Counted from the first letter of the stretch, positions 35,867-46,263 are shown. The stretch is DNA of 49,485 bases from Armatimonadota bacterium (GCA_046292385.1 JBKBRF010000051.1:1-49485); one strand, 5' to 3'. The notes: generated by a model not told the origin, from the letters alone. Numbers and translations are program-made.

Positions 35867-38113
35867 TCAAAGTCCCGGCTCGTTTACCGAGCCCCGCACG
35901 GGCAAGCCGGCGTGCTCCTGGATGCACTGGCGAAGCATCGCCAGCCAGCGCTCGGCACAGTGGTCCTCGGAAAACTCGGTGAGCGCGCGGCGCCGGCCCG
36001 CCTCACCCAGCCGGCGGCGCTCCTGCTCGTCGGCCAGCAGCCGCTGGAGGTGCCGCTTCAGCGCTTCGAGATCGCCGACCTCGGAGAGCAGGCCGGTCTC
36101 GCCGTGCGCCACCACTTCCGGGGTGCCGGAGGCCGCCACCGCGATCACCGGGAGCCCGGCCGCCATCGCCTCGCGGACCGAGTTCGGCGCGCCCTCGCGG
36201 CGGGACGGGTGCACCATCAGGTCGGCGGCGCGCAGCAGGCGCGGAACGTCGGTCCGGAAGCCGAGGAAGTCGACCTTCCCGGAGAGCCCCAGCCGGTCCC
36301 GCTCCTCCACCAGCGCCTCCAGCTCCGGGCCGACGCCGGCGATCCAGAGCTTGTAGTCGAGCTCCTCCGGAAGCCCCGAGAGCGCCTGCAGCAGGAACGC
36401 GTGGCCTTTCTCCGGCACCAGCCGCGCGACGGTGATGGCGACCACCTGGCCCGGTCGCGCGCCCAGCTCCTCGCGCGCGCCGGCGGGGTCGGCCGCGTCG
36501 ATCGGGCTCGGGTCGACCCCGTCGTGGATCACCTGCAGCCGCTGCTCCGGCAGCCAGCCGAAGGCGAGCAGCTCTTCCCGCGTCGCCTCCGCGTTCGGGA
36601 TGAAGCGGGCGAAGCGCGGCCCCACGAACATCCGGTTGAACAGCTTGTCTTTCAGGCTGCCCTGCAGGCCGACGTAGTAGACCAGCGGGATGCGGGCGCC
36701 GGCCAGCGCCGCCACGCGGGCGGAGCGCTCGTCGTAGCAGACCGCCACGTCCGCGCGGAGCTTCTGCAGCGCGCGGCGCAGCGCCTCGGCCGACTTCGGC
36801 GCCAGGTAATGCCCCAGCGTCACCGGGAAGAAGGCGGTCCCCTGCTCCCGGCAGCGGGCCTCCAGCTCGCTGCCGGCCAGCCCGATCACGGTCACCTCGT
36901 GCCCCCGCGCGGCGAAGTCCCGTGCGGCGCGCATGGTGCGGTGCTCGCCGCCGCCGAAGAAGCGGATCGAGTTGACGAGGGCGATCCGCATCCGGCCGTC
37001 TTCGGGGCCGGAGGCGGCCCTCGCCGGCTTCGGGGGCCAGGGCGTGCTGGAGATCTCCGGGAGCGGCGCGCGGCGCGCGGGCCGGGGCGCGCCCGACGTG
37101 TGGCAGAGGTGGAGCGCCGCGTCGAGCGTCTCCTCCACCGTGATCGTGTGGAGGCAGGAGTGGCGGCAGCGCATGCACGGCTCTTCGTGCTTCAGCACCA
37201 CACCGTGACGGGAGAACGGTCCGAACTTGACCGGGCTGGTAGGTCCGAAGAGAACGACCACCGGAACGGCAAGCGCCACCGCCATGTGCATCGGACCGGT
37301 ATCGCCGGTCACCAGCAGGGCGCAGCGCTCCATCATCGCCGCCGTATCCGCCAGGGTGGTGCGGCCGGCGACCACCAGCGGGCGGGTGCGCATCTGCGCG
37401 GCGATCTCGGTGGCGCGGGGCAGGTCGACGGCGCCGCCCAGGATCACCGCGGGCAGACCCAGCTCTTCCTGCAGCCGGTCCGCCACCGCGGCGAAGCGCT
37501 CCACGGGCCACCACTTCTCCGGCTTGGTGCCGCCGGGATTGATCGCGACGAAGCGGCTTTCGGGAGCGAGGCCGCTCTCGAGCAGCAGCTTGTCGACCCG
37601 CTTCCGCGCGGTCGTAGTCGGCTCCAGCTCCAGCACCGGGTTGCGGTCCTGCGGGCAGCCGAGCAGGTACGCGAGATCGAGATACTTGTAGACCTCGTGC
37701 TGGTTCGGGCGGATCGGGCTGACGTGGCGGTAGAAGCGGCGGGTGCGGCGGTCATCCAGCCCCACCGTCACCAGCTTCCGGTCGGAGAGCCCCGCGAAAA
37801 GCGTGGCCCAGCCGTAGAAGAGCGACTTCTCCTGCAGCGAGATGATCAGGTCGTACTGCGCGTCCCGCATCTCCAGCGCGAACCGCAGCTTGGCGCCCCA
37901 ACTGCTGGTGCGGGGGCGGACCACGATCTCGTCCACGTGCGGGTTGGTGATCAGCAAGTCCTTGTTGGAGCTGGGCACCGATACCGCCAGGTGCGCGCGC
38001 GGGAAGCGCCGCTTGAGCGCCCGGAGCATCGGCGTGGTCAGCAGGCAGTCGCCGATGTGGTTCCGGTTGAGAACGAGGATGCGCCGCACCTGGTCTAGTC
38101 GCACTGCTTGCAC
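35867..38113 (-). CDS. Fused GT9 + GT4 glycosyltransferase
   Basis: N-terminal HIGDCLLTTP...DTGPMHMA, Pro/Arg linker, C-terminal GGGEH...EGAPNSVREAMA, all in one frame. GTG start at 38113 inferred. Confidence 0.85.
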   Translation of the reverse strand: MQAVRLDQVRRILVLNRNHIGDCLLTTPMLRALKRRFPRAHLAVSVPSSNKDLLITNPHVDEIVVRPRTSSWGAKLRFALEMRDAQYDLIISLQEKSLFYGWATLFAGLSDRKLVTVGLDDRRTRRFYRHVSPIRPNQHEVYKYLDLAYLLGCPQDRNPVLELEPTTTARKRVDKLLLESGLAPESRFVAINPGGTKPEKWWPVERFAAVADRLQEELGLPAVILGGAVDLPRATEIAAQMRTRPLVVAGRTTLADTAAMMERCALLVTGDTGPMHMAVALAVPVVVLFGPTSPVKFGPFSRHGVVLKHEEPCMRCRHSCLHTITVEETLDAALHLCHTSGAPRPARRAPLPEISSTPWPPKPARAASGPEDGRMRIALVNSIRFFGGGEHRTMRAARDFAARGHEVTVIGLAGSELEARCREQGTAFFPVTLGHYLAPKSAEALRRALQKLRADVAVCYDERSARVAALAGARIPLVYYVGLQGSLKDKLFNRMFVGPRFARFIPNAEATREELLAFGWLPEQRLQVIHDGVDPSPIDAADPAGAREELGARPGQVVAITVARLVPEKGHAFLLQALSGLPEELDYKLWIAGVGPELEALVEERDRLGLSGKVDFLGFRTDVPRLLRAADLMVHPSRREGAPNSVREAMAAGLPVIAVAASGTPEVVAHGETGLLSEVGDLEALKRHLQRLLADEQERRRLGEAGRRRALTEFSEDHCAERWLAMLRQCIQEHAGLPVRGSVNEPGL

Positions 38114-39105
38114 TCGAGACGACCTTTCTGTGAAAGCTCCAGGGAGGGGGCGATCCGGGGGGACTCCACGTCTTCCGGCTGAAGCTTCCAGCGGTTGTGC
38201 AGCCAGCACCAGAGCTCCGGCCGCTCTCGGATCTGAGACTCTATAACGTGGGTGATCTCGGCGGTTAACCGCAAGACGTCGCCGTCCCGATCACCGGTCG
38301 GCGTGGGATAGATCGGGGGCCAGGCGCGCATCGTATGGGTGCCGTCAGGCTCTCGCATGCAGAATGTCGGCACAAGCGCGGCGCCGGTCTTTAGAGAAAA
38401 GACTGCCGGCCCGGTCGCCGTGCTGGCAAGATGTCCGTAGAACGGCACAAAGACCCCGCCCTCCAGCGTGTTCTGGTCCAGCAGGATCGCCAGGATCTCG
38501 TTGCGCCGCAGCGCCGCCAGGCCTTCCCGCGCCGCCTTCTGGCGGGGGATCTGCCGGAGGCCGCAGCGGGTGCGGATCGACTCGATCATCTGCTCCAGGC
38601 CGGGGTCGTCCGCCGTGCGGCTGATCGCGCTCACCTGGTAGCCGGCGCGGGCCAGCCGGGGGCCCATCATCTCCCAGTTCCCGTAGTGGGCGGTGACCAG
38701 GATCACGCCTTTTCCGCGGGCAAACGCCGCCTCGAAGTGCTCCTGGCCCTCGAAGCGGACCTCCCGCTCGATCTCCTCCGGGCTGATCCGCGGCTGGCGC
38801 AGGAAGAACTCGACCAGCGTCCGCCCGACGCAGCGGAAGCTCTCCCGGGCGACGCGCTCGATCTCGGCGTCGCTCCAGCTCCCGCCGTAGGCCCGGCGCA
38901 GGTTGGCGTGCGCCACCTTGCGGTACCGCGTCATCGTGTGGTACGCGCCCATGCCGAGGCCGTTGCCCAGCACGGTGAGCGCCGGGCGCGGGGTGACGCG
39001 GCCGATCAGGTTCAGGGTCCGCACCAGCACGCGCGTGGCCCACCACTCCAGCGGCTTGCTCCACCGCTGCTCTTTTGGACCGCTCTTAACGCGCCGTGCT
39101 GCCAT
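38095..39105 (-). CDS. lpxL: Lipid A late acyltransferase (LpxL/HtrB family)
   Basis: AHYGNWE, LLDQN, VPFYG and WCWLHNRWK. Confidence 0.85.
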   Translation of the reverse strand: MAARRVKSGPKEQRWSKPLEWWATRVLVRTLNLIGRVTPRPALTVLGNGLGMGAYHTMTRYRKVAHANLRRAYGGSWSDAEIERVARESFRCVGRTLVEFFLRQPRISPEEIEREVRFEGQEHFEAAFARGKGVILVTAHYGNWEMMGPRLARAGYQVSAISRTADDPGLEQMIESIRTRCGLRQIPRQKAAREGLAALRRNEILAILLDQNTLEGGVFVPFYGHLASTATGPAVFSLKTGAALVPTFCMREPDGTHTMRAWPPIYPTPTGDRDGDVLRLTAEITHVIESQIRERPELWCWLHNRWKLQPEDVESPRIAPSLELSQKGRLECKQCD

Positions 39106-40237
39106 TCTCGATTCCTACCCGGGTCCGCACCAGGGCCTCCAGCTCGTCTCGTCCGGAGAGCAGCTCCAGATCGACTTCCAGTACCCGGTAGTCGGTCCCT
39201 GCCAGCCACTCCACCGGTATCTTGACGAAGTCTTTCTCGGTCGTCACCACTCCGGAGAGCCCCTCCCGCGTTACCTGCTGCACCACCTGCGCGAGCTCCT
39301 CGCGGCGATAGGGATGGTGGTCGCGAAACCGCGCCGGGGCGGGATTCCGCGCGCCGAGCTCTACCAGCGTCCGCTCGAACGATTCCGGGCTGCCGAGACT
39401 GGAAAGCGCCAGCCAGCGTCCCTCCCGCAGACTTTCCAGCGGCAGGCGGGCTCCGGTAGCGGCCTCGCGCAAGCATACCGGTACGTGCCGTGCCTCCGCC
39501 AGCACCAGGTGCGGGTTCAGCTTGCGGATCTGCGCCCGCAGCTTGTCCCGTTCGGACGGCTCCACCCGGGCCGCGTGGGTGAGGATCGCCGCGTGGGCCC
39601 GCCGGAGGCCCCGGAGCGGCTCCCGCAGCATGCCGCGCGGCACCAGCCGGCCGTAGCCGAACGGGTTGGTGGCGTTGAGCAGCACGATCTCCAGGTCTTT
39701 CTTCAGCCGCCAGTACTGGAAGCCGTCGTCGACCACGCAGGTATCGACCCCGAGCTGCTCGTAAGCGTGGCGCGCGGTCAGGACGCGCTTCCGGCCGATC
39801 AGCACCGGCACGCCGGGGAGCGACCGCGCCAGGAGCTGCGGCTCGTCCCCGCTCGTCTCCACCGGGGCGAGAACCTGGTGGGAGTCCGAGACGACGGTGA
39901 CCGGCGGCCGCTCCTGCTTCGTCTCGGCCGCCTCCCCGGCGCGGTAGCCGTGGCTCAGGATGGCGGGGCGGCGCCCCCACTCCTGCAGGCGCCGGACCAG
40001 CCAGCGAGTGGTGGTGGTCTTGCCGGTGCCGCCGACGGTGATGTTGCCGATCGAGACGACCCGGCACGGCAGCGAGGCTGCGTGGAGCAGGCGGAGGTCG
40101 AACCCGAGACGGTAGCCGCCGACCACGCCGGCGTAGAGCCCGGCGAGCGCGCCGAGACCGCCGCGGGCCAGCGGCGCCCACCAGTCTCCAGCCTCTCCCG
40201 AGATCACCTCCCGCCACCGCGTCTCGAAATCGCTCAC
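39086..40237 (-). CDS. lpxK: Tetraacyldisaccharide 4'-kinase
   Basis: SIGNITVGGTGKT, GDEP, DDGFQY, PRGMLREP, FRDHH and TTEKDFVK. Confidence 0.93.
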   Translation of the reverse strand: MSDFETRWREVISGEAGDWWAPLARGGLGALAGLYAGVVGGYRLGFDLRLLHAASLPCRVVSIGNITVGGTGKTTTTRWLVRRLQEWGRRPAILSHGYRAGEAAETKQERPPVTVVSDSHQVLAPVETSGDEPQLLARSLPGVPVLIGRKRVLTARHAYEQLGVDTCVVDDGFQYWRLKKDLEIVLLNATNPFGYGRLVPRGMLREPLRGLRRAHAAILTHAARVEPSERDKLRAQIRKLNPHLVLAEARHVPVCLREAATGARLPLESLREGRWLALSSLGSPESFERTLVELGARNPAPARFRDHHPYRREELAQVVQQVTREGLSGVVTTEKDFVKIPVEWLAGTDYRVLEVDLELLSGRDELEALVRTRVGIENGSTAR

Positions 40238-41289
40238 ACGCACTCCAGAATCGTGGAGCCGAGACGCTCGCGGGCGGCCTGGAAGACCCGCTCGACGGTC
40301 AGCGCGCGCATGCAGTCGAACTGTCCCCCGCAGGTCGGGGCGCGCAGGCAGGGGGAGCAGCCCAGCTCTTCCCGGAGCATGGTGTAGCGGCCGGTCTCCC
40401 GGTAATCCTCGAAGCCGCGCCACCAGGAAGCGCCGCAGAGCGCGACGGTCGGCGTGCCCACCGCCACCGAGGCGTGCATCAGCGCGGTATCGACCGCGAC
40501 CGTCAGCGCGGCGCCTGCGATCACGGCGGAAGCGGACTTGAGCGTCGTCTTGCCGGCGAGGTTCACCGTCGCCCCGGCCCGGGCGCAGATCTCCGCGGCT
40601 CCCGGCGCGTCGGCGCCGCTGCCCAGCACCACCGGCCGCAGCCCGAGGCGCCGGTCGATCAGCTCCGCCAGCTCGCTCCAGCGGTCGGAGAACCAGTGCT
40701 TCTGCGTCCAGGTGGTGAACGGCACCAGGCAGACGTAGGGGGTCCGCGCCGTCACGCCCTGGGTGTGCAGGAGGGCGCGGGCGTCCATGCGGTCCGATTC
40801 GGAGATCGGCAGCACCATGTCGCGGTTGGCGCTGCGCACTCCCAGGGGGCGCAGGAGATCGAGGCAGCGCTGACGCGAGCTGGGGTCGTCCTCGCGCCGC
40901 GGGACGCGCACGTGGTAGAGCCGCTCGGCGCCTTCCCGCGCGCCGGCATTCCCCACCACCCGCCGCGCGCCGGAGAACCGGGCCACCAGCGCGCTGCGCA
41001 TCAGCCCCTGGAAGTCGATCGCCCAGTCGAAGCGGCGGGCGCGCAGCTGCGGCACCAGCTCCAGGAACGGCCGGATACCGAGCCCGCCCTTGGGGCGGTC
41101 CCAGGTAATCACCTCGTCCAGGTAGGGGTTGCCGGCCAGAACGTCCTTCGCGCGGGTCTCCACCACCCACGTGATGTGGGCATCCGGCTTCGCCTCGCGC
41201 AGGGCGCGGGTTACCGGGGTCGTAACGGTCACGTCCCCAATGGCGGAGAGCCGGATCAGCAGAATTCGTTCGCCGGTGCGTGATTCCAT
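40234..41289 (-). CDS. GT9 LPS heptosyltransferase (WaaC/WaaF-like)
   Basis: IRLSAIGDV, DFQGLMRSA and VDTALMHA. Located between waaA and lpxK. Confidence 0.88.
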   Translation of the reverse strand: MESRTGERILLIRLSAIGDVTVTTPVTRALREAKPDAHITWVVETRAKDVLAGNPYLDEVITWDRPKGGLGIRPFLELVPQLRARRFDWAIDFQGLMRSALVARFSGARRVVGNAGAREGAERLYHVRVPRREDDPSSRQRCLDLLRPLGVRSANRDMVLPISESDRMDARALLHTQGVTARTPYVCLVPFTTWTQKHWFSDRWSELAELIDRRLGLRPVVLGSGADAPGAAEICARAGATVNLAGKTTLKSASAVIAGAALTVAVDTALMHASVAVGTPTVALCGASWWRGFEDYRETGRYTMLREELGCSPCLRAPTCGGQFDCMRALTVERVFQAARERLGSTILECV

Positions 41290-41311
41290 GAACGCTCTTG
41301 CCTCGACTACC

Positions 41312-42640
41312 TCACGCGCTGGCGCCGCGAGGAACCTCTAGCGCGCCGCCGCCCTGCTCCCGGCCGACGGCCAGGCGGGCGAGCAGCTCGGCGCAGCGAT
41401 AGGCCGCGCCGGTGTTGTTCCGCAGCAGCTCCTCGGCCGAGCTCCGCAGGCGGTCCCGCTCCTCGACCGACGTACAGCAGCTTACAATACCCTCGGCCAA
41501 CTCCGCAGCATTTCGCACCTGCACCGCGGAGCCGGTCTCCAGCGCCAGCGCGGCGAGGTCGTGCTGATTGTGCATGTGCGGGCCGAAGAAGGTCGGCTTG
41601 CCGTGGAAGAGCGGCTGCAGGATATCGTGCCCGCCGACCGGCACCAGGCTGCCGCCGACGAAGCCGACGCCGGCCAGGGCGTACGCTCCCGCCAGCTCTC
41701 CCATGGTATCCAGCACCAGCACGTCGCACTCCGCTCCGGCCGTCCCGAGCTCACTGCGGCGCGCGTACCGGAAGCCCTGCTCTTCCAGCAGGCGGCAGAC
41801 CGCGGGAGCCCGCTCCACGTGGCGCGGCGCCAGGAGCAGCGCGAGGTTCGGCAGCCGCTCCCGCGCCGCGCGGAACGCTTCCAGCACCTGTTCTTCTTCG
41901 CCGGGGTGGGTGCTGCCGGCCAGGAAGAGCGGTCGGCCGTCGAGCCGCAGCGCCGAGCGGATCGCCGTCTCCGCCTCCGGCTTGAGGGCGGAGGGCTTCT
42001 GCTCGAACTTGACGTTCCCCACCACCTGCACCCGCTCCGGCCGCGCGCCGAGATAGATCGCGCGCTCGGCGGCCTGGCGGGTCTGCATGTAGAGCGAGTC
42101 CATCTGGCCCAGCGCCCAGCGGTAGAGCGGGCGCGCCCGGCGGGCGCCGCGGAAGCCCTTATCCGCGAACTGCCCATTCACCAGCGCCGCCTCCGCCCCG
42201 AAGAGCCGCGCCAGCGCCAGCCAGTTCGGCCAGATCTCGGTCTCCACCGCCGCTACCGCCGTGGGACGCACCCGCAGCAGCGCCAGGGCAGCGCAGGGGA
42301 GGAAGTCGAACGGGAAGTAGAACCGCGCCGCCGCCTCCGGGAGCAGCCGCTCCGCCTGCTGGAAACCGGCCGGGGTGGTGGTGGAGACGACCAGCTCCGT
42401 ACCAGGTGAGAGCTCCGCCAGGCGCCGCGCGATCGCCGCCGCCGCCACCATCTCCCCCGCGGAGACGGCGTGGAGCCAGACCCGCCCTGCCGGCGGCGGA
42501 GCCGGCAGCCGGGGGGAGAGACCGAGCCGCTGCGCGAGACCCTGGCGCGACTTCCCCTTGATCAACAGCCGGTGCGCCAGGTAGAGCGCCAGCAGCGGGC
42601 TCAGGATGAGCAGCAGGAGGTTGTAGGCCAGCAGCATCAC
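41312..42640 (-). CDS. waaA: Kdo transferase
   Basis: WLHAVSAGE, ETEIWPN, GNVKF, GSTHPGEE, APRHVER, DTMGEL and GGSLVPVGGHD. Confidence 0.93.
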   Translation of the reverse strand: MMLLAYNLLLLILSPLLALYLAHRLLIKGKSRQGLAQRLGLSPRLPAPPPAGRVWLHAVSAGEMVAAAAIARRLAELSPGTELVVSTTTPAGFQQAERLLPEAAARFYFPFDFLPCAALALLRVRPTAVAAVETEIWPNWLALARLFGAEAALVNGQFADKGFRGARRARPLYRWALGQMDSLYMQTRQAAERAIYLGARPERVQVVGNVKFEQKPSALKPEAETAIRSALRLDGRPLFLAGSTHPGEEEQVLEAFRAARERLPNLALLLAPRHVERAPAVCRLLEEQGFRYARRSELGTAGAECDVLVLDTMGELAGAYALAGVGFVGGSLVPVGGHDILQPLFHGKPTFFGPHMHNQHDLAALALETGSAVQVRNAAELAEGIVSCCTSVEERDRLRSSAEELLRNNTGAAYRCAELLARLAVGREQGGGALEVPRGASA

Positions 42641-42645
42641 GGCGA

Positions 42646-44607
42646 CTACTCCTGCGGTACGCTCTCACCGGCGCCCGCGCGCCGGAACTGCGTGCGGTAG
42701 AGCTCCGAATAGGTGCCGCCGCGCGCCAGCAGCTCTTCGTGGCGCCCCGCCTCGACGATCTGCCCGTACTTCATCACCAGGATCTTGTCCGCGTTCTGGA
42801 TCGTGGAGAGCCGGTGCGCGATCACCAGGGTGGTCCGGTCCGCCACCAGCTTCTGCAGGGCGTCCTGGACCAGCGCCTCCGACTGGCTGTCGAGCGACGA
42901 AGTCGCCTCGTCGAGGATCAGGATGCGCGGGTCCCGCAGCACGGCGCGCGCGATGGCGATCCGCTGGCGCTGTCCGCCGGAGAGCATCAGCCCGCGCTCC
43001 CCGACGATCGTGTCCAGCCCCTCCGGGGCCCGGGAGATGAACTCCCACGCGTTCGCGGTCCGCGCCGCCGCTTCGATCTCCTCGTCGGTGGCCTCCAGCC
43101 GGCCGTAGCGGATGTTGTCTCGCAGCGTGCCGGCGAAGAGCACCGTCTCCTGGGGCACGATGCCGATCTGCGCGCGGAGCGAGTGAAGCGTGCAGTCCCG
43201 GATGTCGACCCCGTCCACCAGGATCGAGCCGCCGCTCACGTCGTAAAAGCGCGGGATCAGCGCGGCGATCGTCGTCTTTCCGGCGCCGGTCGGGCCGACG
43301 ATCGCCACCACCTCGCCCGGCTCCATCGTGAACGAGATCCCCGCCAGCACCGGGATGCCGGCGCTGTAGGCAAACTCCACGTTCCGGAGCTCGATCCGTC
43401 CCTTCACGTCGCCCAGCTCGATCGCCTCCGGCTTCTCTTCCACTTCGATGTGGGTGCCGAGCAGCGTGAAGATGCGATCTGCCGAGACGCCGGCCGTGGT
43501 GAGGTTGGAGGAGATCGTGGCGGTGTTGCGCGCCGCGTCCGCCACCTGCTGGAGCGTCATGACGAAGAAGAAGAGGTCGCCGAGGGAGACCCCGCCCGAC
43601 CCGAGGATGATCTGCCGGCCGCCGACCCAGAGCACCAGCATGATCGCGAAGGCGCCGAGAAGCTCCACCAGGGGGCGCATGGCGCTGTTCAGCCGCATGA
43701 TCCGCATCACGGAGCGGAACACGTCCTGGCTCTCGTGCCGGAAACGCTCGATCTCGTACTCCTCGTTGGCGAACGACTTCACCACCCGCACGCCGGAGAT
43801 CGTCTCCTCCGCCTGGTCGACCACCCGCGCCTGCGCGTTCTGAAGCTGCGAGGAGTAGGTCTTCAACCGGCGCGTCGCCTGGATGATGATGAAGGCGATC
43901 GGCGGCAGGACGAGGCAGGAGACGAGCGCCAGCGGAACGTTGATCCAGAACAGGAGCAGCGTGCCGAACACCAGGATGAACGGCGCGCTCACCAGGTCCT
44001 GGATCGCATTCAGCACCTGCGTCACCTGCGGGACGTCGTTGCTGAGCGAGGAGAGGAGCTGCCCGGTCTTCCGTTTGTCGAAGAACGAGAGCGACTGGCG
44101 CTGCAGGTGAGCGTAGACGTCGTTGCGGAGCCCCAGGGTGAGGCGCTGGGAGACCCACGTCCACACAAACGCCTTGGCGAAGTAGACGCAGGCGCGGAAC
44201 GCCATCCAGGGGAGCACCACCAGCGTCCAGAAGTTGAGGATCCCGACCCCCACCTCGCCCTTCCCGGCGTATTCCTCGATCGTGTCGAAGAAGAACTTCG
44301 CCAGGGCGCCGTAGCCGAGGCCGACCACGGACCAGATGAGCGTGAGGACCAGCCCGGCGGCCATGGCGGTCCGGAGCGGCGCCAGCCGCCGGAGCAGCAG
44401 CAGCAGCGCTTCCTTCTGCCCGATCTGCCCCTGGAGCGGCTCGCACTCCGAGTACGGCTGTGGCTTCGGCGTCTTCACGTGACGAGGCGTCTCTCTCCGG
44501 CGTCGCGGCGCAGCACCGGCAGGCTCTACACGAACTCTATCGGCAGAGCCCGGTGCCCCACCACGGCGCGGCGGGGGATCTTTCTGTGGGAGCGGCACCC
44601 CCCGCAC
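42646..44607 (-). CDS. msbA: MsbA-like ABC exporter (TMD-NBD)
   Basis: GPTGAGKTT, LSGGQRQR and LDEATSSLD, in lipid A operon context. Start uncertain. Confidence 0.85.
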   Translation of the reverse strand: MRGVPLPQKDPPPRRGGAPGSADRVRVEPAGAAPRRRRETPRHVKTPKPQPYSECEPLQGQIGQKEALLLLLRRLAPLRTAMAAGLVLTLIWSVVGLGYGALAKFFFDTIEEYAGKGEVGVGILNFWTLVVLPWMAFRACVYFAKAFVWTWVSQRLTLGLRNDVYAHLQRQSLSFFDKRKTGQLLSSLSNDVPQVTQVLNAIQDLVSAPFILVFGTLLLFWINVPLALVSCLVLPPIAFIIIQATRRLKTYSSQLQNAQARVVDQAEETISGVRVVKSFANEEYEIERFRHESQDVFRSVMRIMRLNSAMRPLVELLGAFAIMLVLWVGGRQIILGSGGVSLGDLFFFVMTLQQVADAARNTATISSNLTTAGVSADRIFTLLGTHIEVEEKPEAIELGDVKGRIELRNVEFAYSAGIPVLAGISFTMEPGEVVAIVGPTGAGKTTIAALIPRFYDVSGGSILVDGVDIRDCTLHSLRAQIGIVPQETVLFAGTLRDNIRYGRLEATDEEIEAAARTANAWEFISRAPEGLDTIVGERGLMLSGGQRQRIAIARAVLRDPRILILDEATSSLDSQSEALVQDALQKLVADRTTLVIAHRLSTIQNADKILVMKYGQIVEAGRHEELLARGGTYSELYRTQFRRAGAGESVPQE

Positions 44608-44632
44608 GAGCGGGCCGGGGCCGCGGCGGCGC

Positions 44633-45310
44633 TCAGGTGGTGACCATCTTCCAGACGAAGAGGCCGGTCAGCACCACGAGCCAGATCAGATTCACATATT
44701 CCTTGTTGATCATCACCTGGCGCCAGGAGAACTGGCCGTGTCCGCGGCGCGGCAGGCGGAGCCGCGGCACGAAGCGCGGCACCCGCTGGCAGTACTCCTC
44801 GTAGCGCCGGGGGAAAAGCTTGTGGAGCATCGCCTCTTCCGTGCTCACCGCCGCGCTGTAGAGCAGCAGGAAGATCGGGATGACGAACGCGAAGCTCTCC
44901 CAGCGTCCGGACATGAACGAGTAGGCGACCGCGTGCAGGAAGCTGCCGACGTAGAGCGGGTGCCGCACGAAGGCGTAGGGGCCGCCGGTGGTGAGCTCCT
45001 CCGTCTTGTGGATCGTCCCCGCCGCCCAGATCCGGATCGCCTCCGCCAGCACCGCGACGGCGACGCCGATCCCGAGCATATCCGGCCGCGGCTTGGCGAA
45101 CGGCACCATCGCCAGGATGCCGAGCAGCACCAGGAACGTGCGCCGCCGGAACAGGAAGGCCGTCACCGGGTGCGGCGTTACGATCTCGTCGAAACGAGTG
45201 CGGGTGCCGTCCGCTCCGCGCACGGGCAGAACGGGCCCATCTTCGTGCTCTCGGCTCGCGGGGTCCGCCATGGCGATGCTGGTACTATCCGTTGTCTCGA
45301 CGCGTGGCAC
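44633..45310 (-). CDS. Isoprenylcysteine carboxyl/phospholipid methyltransferase (ICMT/PEMT) family membrane protein
   Basis: IRIWAAG, LTTGGPYAFVRHPLYVG and EEAML...YEEYCQRVPRFVP. Confidence 0.85.
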   Translation of the reverse strand: MPRVETTDSTSIAMADPASREHEDGPVLPVRGADGTRTRFDEIVTPHPVTAFLFRRRTFLVLLGILAMVPFAKPRPDMLGIGVAVAVLAEAIRIWAAGTIHKTEELTTGGPYAFVRHPLYVGSFLHAVAYSFMSGRWESFAFVIPIFLLLYSAAVSTEEAMLHKLFPRRYEEYCQRVPRFVPRLRLPRRGHGQFSWRQVMINKEYVNLIWLVVLTGLFVWKMVTT

Positions 45311-45387
45311 GTACTTCTATATCTCCCGCGCACCACGTGCGATACTCCGCCCCCCGAGCTTACAGCACGGATGAGTGGACTGCGGCG

Positions 45388-46179
45388 CTAGCCGCGGCGG
45401 TCGTTCTGGCGGCCGCCGTAGCCGTGGCGAATATTGGTGAGGAACTCGAGCAGGTAATCCCGCTCCTCGCTGGGCTCCACCTCGTTGTAGGCGGCCTCGA
45501 TGCCCTGGGTCAGGTTCAGGTTACTCTGGTAGAGCAGCCGGAACGCCTGCTTCAAGCCGGCCCGCACCCGCGGCGGCATGCCGGAGCGGCGCAGGCCGAG
45601 CACGTTCAGACCCACCAGCTGGGTGGGCCGGCCGTCGGCCATCATGAAGGGCGGCACGTCTCGCACCACCTTCGACATCCCGCCGATCATCGCGAACTTG
45701 CCGATGCGGACGAACTGGTGGAGGCCGACGATCCCGCCAAAGACTACGCGGTCCTCGATCACGCAGTGCCCACTGATGCCCACGGAGTTCGCCATCATGA
45801 TCCCATTGCCCAGCCAGCAGTTGTGGCCGATGTGGCAGTAGGCCATGATCATGTTGTCGTCGCCGATGCGGGTCGCTTCCCCTTCGCCGGTGGCGCGGTG
45901 GATCGTCACGAACTCCCGGATGATGTTCCGGTTGCCGATCTGGACGAACGTCCGCTCCCCCCGGTACTTGTGGTCCTGCGGGGGGCCTCCCAGCACCGCT
46001 CCCTGGCGCACCTGGCAGTCTTCACCGATGGTGGTGTGCTGCTCTACGCTGACGTGCGATTCCAGCCGGGTGCCCCGGCCGATCCGCGCGTGCCTGCCGA
46101 TCACGCAGTAAGGGCCGATGACGACATCATCGGCAATCTCCGCGCCGGGGTCCACCACGGCGGTAGGATGTATGCTCAT
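45388..46179 (-). CDS. lpxA: UDP-N-acetylglucosamine O-acyltransferase
   Basis: IHPTAVVD, hexapeptide repeats, PQDHKY, IREFVTIHRAT, HQFVRIG and GLNVLGLRR. Confidence 0.95.
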   Translation of the reverse strand: MSIHPTAVVDPGAEIADDVVIGPYCVIGRHARIGRGTRLESHVSVEQHTTIGEDCQVRQGAVLGGPPQDHKYRGERTFVQIGNRNIIREFVTIHRATGEGEATRIGDDNMIMAYCHIGHNCWLGNGIMMANSVGISGHCVIEDRVVFGGIVGLHQFVRIGKFAMIGGMSKVVRDVPPFMMADGRPTQLVGLNVLGLRRSGMPPRVRAGLKQAFRLLYQSNLNLTQGIEAAYNEVEPSEERDYLLEFLTNIRHGYGGRQNDRRG

Positions 46180-46263
46180 TCCAGCGTCCTTTGATCCGGG
46201 CACGCCAACCGGCGCGCCGCGGACAGGGCTCACGACACCGCATCCCGCGCGTTCAACACGCGG

